Of a stretch of DNA of 64,000 nucleotides, positions 59,328 through 64,000 are shown piece after piece. Position numbers and translations under genes: made by a program. The first letter of the stretch is position 1; every line of letters begins with the position of its first letter. Source of the stretch: Candidatus Thorarchaeota archaeon (GTDB lineage: Archaea > Asgardarchaeota > Thorarchaeia > Thorarchaeales > Thorarchaeaceae); the NCBI GenBank assembly GCA_004524445.1, contig SDNP01000004.1, positions 39,596-103,595 on the forward strand, read 5' to 3'. Below the pieces are notes generated by a model, which ran no database searches, was not told the origin of the DNA, and saw nothing but the letters and a program-made list of their open reading frames with translations.

Positions 59328-59789
59328 TCATAAATGCTTGATCCAAATCACTGCATGATCGTCAGGATAGAATCCTGCAATTTCCGCACCTTCACTGAAA
59401 CCAATGCCTTTGTAGAAGTTTCGTGCTGTTTCATTTGTTCGTTCCATAAAAAGAAAAATCACACGCAAAGCATGCCCATGTTCAGAGAAGTATTCAATCG
59501 CTTGATTCGTCAATATTTCGACTAGTTTCGTCGCGATTCCTTGTCGCCTGTATTCTTCGCTCACGCCAAGTGACACTATCTCAGCAATTCCATCCTCAAG
59601 ACCGCCCCTTGTTTCCCATGATACAGTCCCGCATATTTGCTCACCATCTGTGGATAAAATAGTGCGAGTGTGTTCTATCAGATCGTCTGCAAACCGAGCT
59701 GCTCGTTCAACATTATCTTCTATTTCTTCTAGATACATTTTGATGAGCAACGGTTTGTCATCAATCAACGCGGTTCTGTATTCTATCAT
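59328..59789 (-). CDS. GNAT family N-acetyltransferase
   Basis: LGVSEEYRRQGIA, NETARNFYKGIGF. Confidence 0.92.
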   Translation of the reverse strand: MIEYRTALIDDKPLLIKMYLEEIEDNVERAARFADDLIEHTRTILSTDGEQICGTVSWETRGGLEDGIAEIVSLGVSEEYRRQGIATKLVEILTNQAIEYFSEHGHALRVIFLFMERTNETARNFYKGIGFSEGAEIAGFYPDDHAVIWIKHL

Positions 59790-59877
59790 GTGAACAACTC
59801 GACTTATCCTCTAACTCCTTTGCCTTTTTCTCTACAACAGGTTTTCACAGTATTCACTTCAAATGGCTCTGACTGCT

Positions 59878-61065
59878 CTATTCATCTATGCATATCAGCT
59901 GTCTTTGTGGAGTTGACAGAAACTCACATCCTTTCTTAGTTATGACAATATCCTCCTCTAGACTCACCTGACCATAGTCCTCAGTTGTCACATACAGCTC
60001 AAGGGTGAAGACATTTCCAACTTCCACCTCGCCTTTTGGAATGTCACCATAGCGTTCCCACAGAGGGCCCAACAAAACACCACCATCATGGGCATGCTGC
60101 CCCACTTGGTGTCCAAGAGCATGTTGATACTCTTCGTAGCCATGGTCTAAAACGTAATCTCGGGCGATCGAATCAACCTCGTATCCTTTCATTCCCGGTT
60201 CTATTTTGTCAGCAGCAAGTTGGATGGCATCACGGACCGTGTTGAATGCGGAGTTGATTTGGTCTGGAACGTCTTTTTCTTTGCCGAAGAAGAACATGCG
60301 CTGTATATCAGAACAATAGCCAAAGTATTTCACGCCGAAATCAAAGTGAAGTAGATGACCCTCCTTCGTCTTGTTTTCCGTAGGACCCGCATGTCCGAAC
60401 TCCTTGTTGGGCCCAGCGTCAACCGCAGGGCAGTGGTCTGGTGCCCATGCAGGACCCACGTCACTGTCCCTCATAAGATCATGAAAACGTTGATAGATCT
60501 CTAGTTCGGTTTGACCGGGTCGAACTTCCGCTCTAATGATGGAGTATATTTTCTCTGTGATTTGGACGGCCTTTTTTATTAGATCCAATTCAGTCTTGGT
60601 CTTTCTTCCTCGAAGACGACCTACGATGTCTTCAGCACTCATGAATCGCTGCTCAAAATCGGTATCCTGAAGAAGCTCTTTGAGACTGCGGTACATTCCC
60701 ACGGTCAAGCCATCAGCAGCAACATCGTTCTTACTGTAGTTCAATGCAATCTTCGAGGGGTTGATTTCTCGTATCTCATCAATCAATAGCTCCTTGATGG
60801 ATTTCGTGTAAGGCTCAATCCTATCGAACAGTTTCTTTTCTCTAAGACCATCTGCGTCAAAATTGCCAACAATAGCGATGCGGCTTCCTTCCTTCGTATA
60901 TATCAAAGCTGACTGCCATACCAAGTCTCCATCTAATATCAAATCCAGTGCGGGGTCGCGGAGCTGGGAAGTTTCTCTGACCCAAATCAACCACGAGTCA
61001 ACATCCAGCTCCGATAGAATTCCCTGAACTTGTTCGTTCTTTTCTTTGTATATGTTAGATTTCAT
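59878..61065 (-). CDS. M24 family Xaa-Pro aminopeptidase
   Basis: DFGV..GYCSDIQR, HALGHQVG..HDGG, FTLE, EEDI. Start MKSNIY. Confidence 0.92.
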   Translation of the reverse strand: MKSNIYKEKNEQVQGILSELDVDSWLIWVRETSQLRDPALDLILDGDLVWQSALIYTKEGSRIAIVGNFDADGLREKKLFDRIEPYTKSIKELLIDEIREINPSKIALNYSKNDVAADGLTVGMYRSLKELLQDTDFEQRFMSAEDIVGRLRGRKTKTELDLIKKAVQITEKIYSIIRAEVRPGQTELEIYQRFHDLMRDSDVGPAWAPDHCPAVDAGPNKEFGHAGPTENKTKEGHLLHFDFGVKYFGYCSDIQRMFFFGKEKDVPDQINSAFNTVRDAIQLAADKIEPGMKGYEVDSIARDYVLDHGYEEYQHALGHQVGQHAHDGGVLLGPLWERYGDIPKGEVEVGNVFTLELYVTTEDYGQVSLEEDIVITKKGCEFLSTPQRQLICIDE

Positions 61066-61166
61066 TGCAAGGCACTCCGACCTATCACAGCATTCTTGCC
61101 GGACAGTAGATGTTTCTACGCACAAACCCCTTAAGATACTCAGAGATATATCTTCGGGGACATGTC

Positions 61167-62294
61167 TTGGAGATTAATCTGATTGGCCTCATCCTTGTAT
61201 TGCTTGGCACAAGTATTTGTGTTTCAGCAGTTATTATTGCTTTCAATCAATGGAAAAGATTGGGTGCCGATCTGTACAAGCAATTAAGCATTGCATTCGT
61301 TTTCCTATCTCTGATGTGCATCGGTTATATGTTCGCAGCCCTCTACAATGCGAGCGTATACCAAGACATGGTTTTGAGATGGCAGATTTTCTTCGCATCT
61401 TTCGGCCTGGCATTTCTAGGATTTATGGTGCGGGCGTTTGAATACCTCAAGAAGAAACCAGAGGAATCGAGAGTAAACTCTGTGTTCATTCTGGCGGGGG
61501 CAGTTATAGCCACACGATTCTTGCCGGGACAATATGATGTGGTTTGGATTCAGAATGGCTGGGAACAGCACTATGGAATGGGGCTTATTGTACTCTCCAT
61601 TCTTCTCTATGCAGTCACCATAGCATATACAATTCCCGTGTTTTACAGAGCATGGTCCAGAATCAAGCAAACTAATAGATACAGAATGTGGGTGAGGAGC
61701 TTATTCGCGCTTCTTTTCCTAAGCGCCGCGTTGGTTGGAGCATATCTTATAGCATCGCGAGTGTTTCATTGGGTCCCTGACATATTCACTTCAATTAGCT
61801 ATTTCTTGTTTGCCCCATTCATAGGAATTGTGGTCGGCCTGACAAACAAATTGTTGATTTCTTATCCCACCATATTCTTTGTATCAACCCATGACCTGAT
61901 AGAATTACAGATTATTTCGAAAGATAGCAATGAAATGACATACCGGTTTAGCTTTGATGAACACAGTGCAAAGGAAAGGAGTCTGGTTCCTGGTGCACAT
62001 CACACAATAAGACAGGTCTTTCGGCAATTGCTGGACACCTCTGAAGAATTGGAAAGCATACGTGTGCAAGAAGGAGAGGTGCTGGTATACGAGGGTGAAC
62101 AAACAACCGGACTACTATACACAATAAGAGGTTCGCAGTTGTTCAAAAATCTCCTAAAGCTTACTGCGGAGAAATTTGAGAATGATTATGATCCGAGCAG
62201 TTTCTCAGAAGCTCATGCTGATGATTTCGAGATGTATCTTCGCGACGTCTTTCAGTTTGCCCTAACTAGGCCGGAAGAGGTACTTGAACGATAA
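61167..62294 (+). CDS. Seven-TM membrane protein with C-terminal longin-like domain, paralog 1
   Basis: Seven hydrophobic segments then a beta-beta-alpha-beta-beta-beta-alpha-alpha domain; TTG start after GGGGA. Confidence 0.75.
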   Translation: MEINLIGLILVLLGTSICVSAVIIAFNQWKRLGADLYKQLSIAFVFLSLMCIGYMFAALYNASVYQDMVLRWQIFFASFGLAFLGFMVRAFEYLKKKPEESRVNSVFILAGAVIATRFLPGQYDVVWIQNGWEQHYGMGLIVLSILLYAVTIAYTIPVFYRAWSRIKQTNRYRMWVRSLFALLFLSAALVGAYLIASRVFHWVPDIFTSISYFLFAPFIGIVVGLTNKLLISYPTIFFVSTHDLIELQIISKDSNEMTYRFSFDEHSAKERSLVPGAHHTIRQVFRQLLDTSEELESIRVQEGEVLVYEGEQTTGLLYTIRGSQLFKNLLKLTAEKFENDYDPSSFSEAHADDFEMYLRDVFQFALTRPEEVLER

Positions 62295-62380
62295 AAGCAT
62301 GAATGGCCATGTTTCTCAAATGATTTATTTGCGAATTTCCCATAGTTTTCTCGCCACCAGAATGTTCGGGGATACTAATC

Positions 62381-63565
62381 TTGGACACGCCACTCATGAT
62401 CACCAGTTTATTTGCAGCATGTTGTGCGGTATTTGCCACTTTCGTGTCTGAGAAACTTCATAGGCGACTTGAGGTTGATTTTTTCAAAAATAGTGCTATG
62501 TTTCATCTATGCACAACGATTTGGTTAACGGGATTTATCATCCAATCCCTACACAGCTATCCTGATGGATATGTGACGGCCGCAATTTCACACGTTATCT
62601 TTTCACCATTTCTATACCTCGGACTGGCATTTCTTGTATCTGCCACTGAGAGTGTCAAAGGATCAAAGAGGTCATTTCTTGAAGACATCTCATTCTTGCT
62701 TGCCGGCATAATGATTGCAGGAGGATTCCACCGGGATTCTTTCACGCTAACTTGGACTGCTATTGGATGGGTACAGGAATTCCATCCTCTGTATTTACTG
62801 GGCAGAATAATGATGGTACTGCTCTGCTTTGCGGCCCTACTGCCTTTAGCGATTCGAGCGAGGAAGCGACTGACATTTTCGATTAGAAGCGACCAGTATC
62901 TGGTAATTCCGATGGCCATTCTCGCGGTTCTCCTGCCAATAACCATGACGTTGTACGGGCAGGGATATATTCTATCCTACCTTCCGCCTATCCTTATGTA
63001 TCCTGAAGTAGTTACGACTGTGACTGGTTTCTTCCTACTATGGGTGGGTATCCTGCTTTCCAAACACCCCACAATTCTCTTCTCAACCATAAATGACATT
63101 CTTGACCTATATATCATTGATTCAGGCAGTGGCCTCCCTCAGTATAGTTACAGTTTTGGGAATCGGAAAGTGCGAGAAGGAGGAGAGGTTCTTTCTGCAT
63201 TTTTCACAAGCATCCGACACTTTGTCAAACAGGAAATAGCTGCCGGAGAGATTGAAAAAATCGTGATTGGTGATAGTGAAGTCGTTGTATGTGATGGCCT
63301 CTTTTGTTTTGGTATTCTTCTTGCGCGAAAGAGCTCACGCCTAGTCCAGTTGTTGCTGGAAGTAATCCTGTCCGAATTTGAAGCAGCGTACGCTTTCGAA
63401 TTAACCGAACCCAATAGAACCAATCGATTTAGTGAATTTGATTACACAATCGAGAGGTATTTTGAATTCGCCCTTCGTGGCTCGTTTGCCAAAGATAGTG
63501 GAGAAGGTCCGAATATTAGCTTAGATTCAACTGACTATGTTCATGATTTAGAAGAGAGCACCTGA
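62381..63565 (+). CDS. Seven-TM membrane protein with C-terminal longin-like domain, paralog 2
   Basis: LYIIDSGSGLPQYSYSF, LSAFFTSIRHFVKQ, EFEAAY, FSEFD pattern of Asgard longins; PTI.FS shared with paralog 1. Confidence 0.8.
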   Translation: MDTPLMITSLFAACCAVFATFVSEKLHRRLEVDFFKNSAMFHLCTTIWLTGFIIQSLHSYPDGYVTAAISHVIFSPFLYLGLAFLVSATESVKGSKRSFLEDISFLLAGIMIAGGFHRDSFTLTWTAIGWVQEFHPLYLLGRIMMVLLCFAALLPLAIRARKRLTFSIRSDQYLVIPMAILAVLLPITMTLYGQGYILSYLPPILMYPEVVTTVTGFFLLWVGILLSKHPTILFSTINDILDLYIIDSGSGLPQYSYSFGNRKVREGGEVLSAFFTSIRHFVKQEIAAGEIEKIVIGDSEVVVCDGLFCFGILLARKSSRLVQLLLEVILSEFEAAYAFELTEPNRTNRFSEFDYTIERYFEFALRGSFAKDSGEGPNISLDSTDYVHDLEEST

Positions 63566-63886
63566 CCAGTATTCTCAGGTGTATTCCATATGAGATTATC
63601 GCGATTGCACATTTCGCAGAAACGGTTAAAAATGTTATTTCTTCATTGGGCTCTACAATTAGATAAATAAGGAAAATCCCGATATTGAATTGGGGGCTCA
63701 GGATTGAGAACGGACTCTTGCCGATATGGATGCCTTGTTCTCTTGATTTCCATTGCCACATTGAACCCGCATTTCAACTGGAATTTTTATTCTTACGGTT
63801 CTCTTCTGGAAGGAAAAAAAGCAAATAGTACCGAACTAAGAGCGGCAACGAGTGTCATGAATCAATGATTATTCAGAGGCATAAGC

Positions 63887-64000
63887 ATGGACCTTCCCTC
63901 ATCACTAGAACCCGACAGGATTCAGCCGAGTCAGCTCTATATATCACAGAAGAAACTCGACGCGGTTCTGAGCCTCTTTGATGAGGCTAGAGAGCAAGAA
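63887..64000 (+). CDS. 5' part of a ParB-like domain protein, 3' end outside the window
   Basis: MDLPSSLEPDRIQPSQLYISQKKL; QPSQLYIS..KL motif; GAGG SD. Confidence 0.55.
   Translation, partial: MDLPSSLEPDRIQPSQLYISQKKLDAVLSLFDEAREQE

Noticed and set aside
1-64000. CRISPR arrays, tRNA/rRNA genes, transposases, integrases
   Set aside because: No regularly spaced repeats, cloverleaf-like GC-rich segments or mobile-element motifs were seen by eye; tRNAscan/Rfam was not run.

Overview
Gene-dense archaeal chromosomal segment, most consistent with an Asgard archaeon (Thorarchaeia-like). Supporting signs are the archaeal proteasome alpha subunit, DTD2-type D-aminoacyl-tRNA deacylase, ADP-forming acetate-CoA ligase, GGTG/GAGG Shine-Dalgarno motifs, 7TM-longin fusions and a Rab-like protein. 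About 60 CDS are present. They cover fatty-acid/acyl-CoA catabolism, an AroM/DUF1177/racemase/M20/ECF uptake cluster, several long coiled-coil proteins, a reductive-dehalogenase-like enzyme and a dCache receptor pair next to a bacterial-type arginine decarboxylase. I saw no rRNA, tRNA, CRISPR array or IS element. Top candidate novelty: the ORF called at 37952 extends upstream through one in-frame TGA in a Cys-Ala-Ser-TGA (CxxU) context to a GTG start with SD and TATA box, and is followed by a long 3' hairpin, i.e. a candidate selenoprotein on a non-thioredoxin scaffold. Other highlights: a TM-dCache-HAMP-TPR-vWA receptor plus an output-less paralog, both with Arg-to-Glu in the ligand motif and upstream of speA; a Rab-like pseudo-GTPase beside an acidic polyproline protein; a tandem beta-carbonic-anhydrase-like protein; a missed CdrS-like RHH gene with a helically phased operator array; and a gene that seems to need a CTG start. 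All family calls are from motif recognition by eye; no searches were run.
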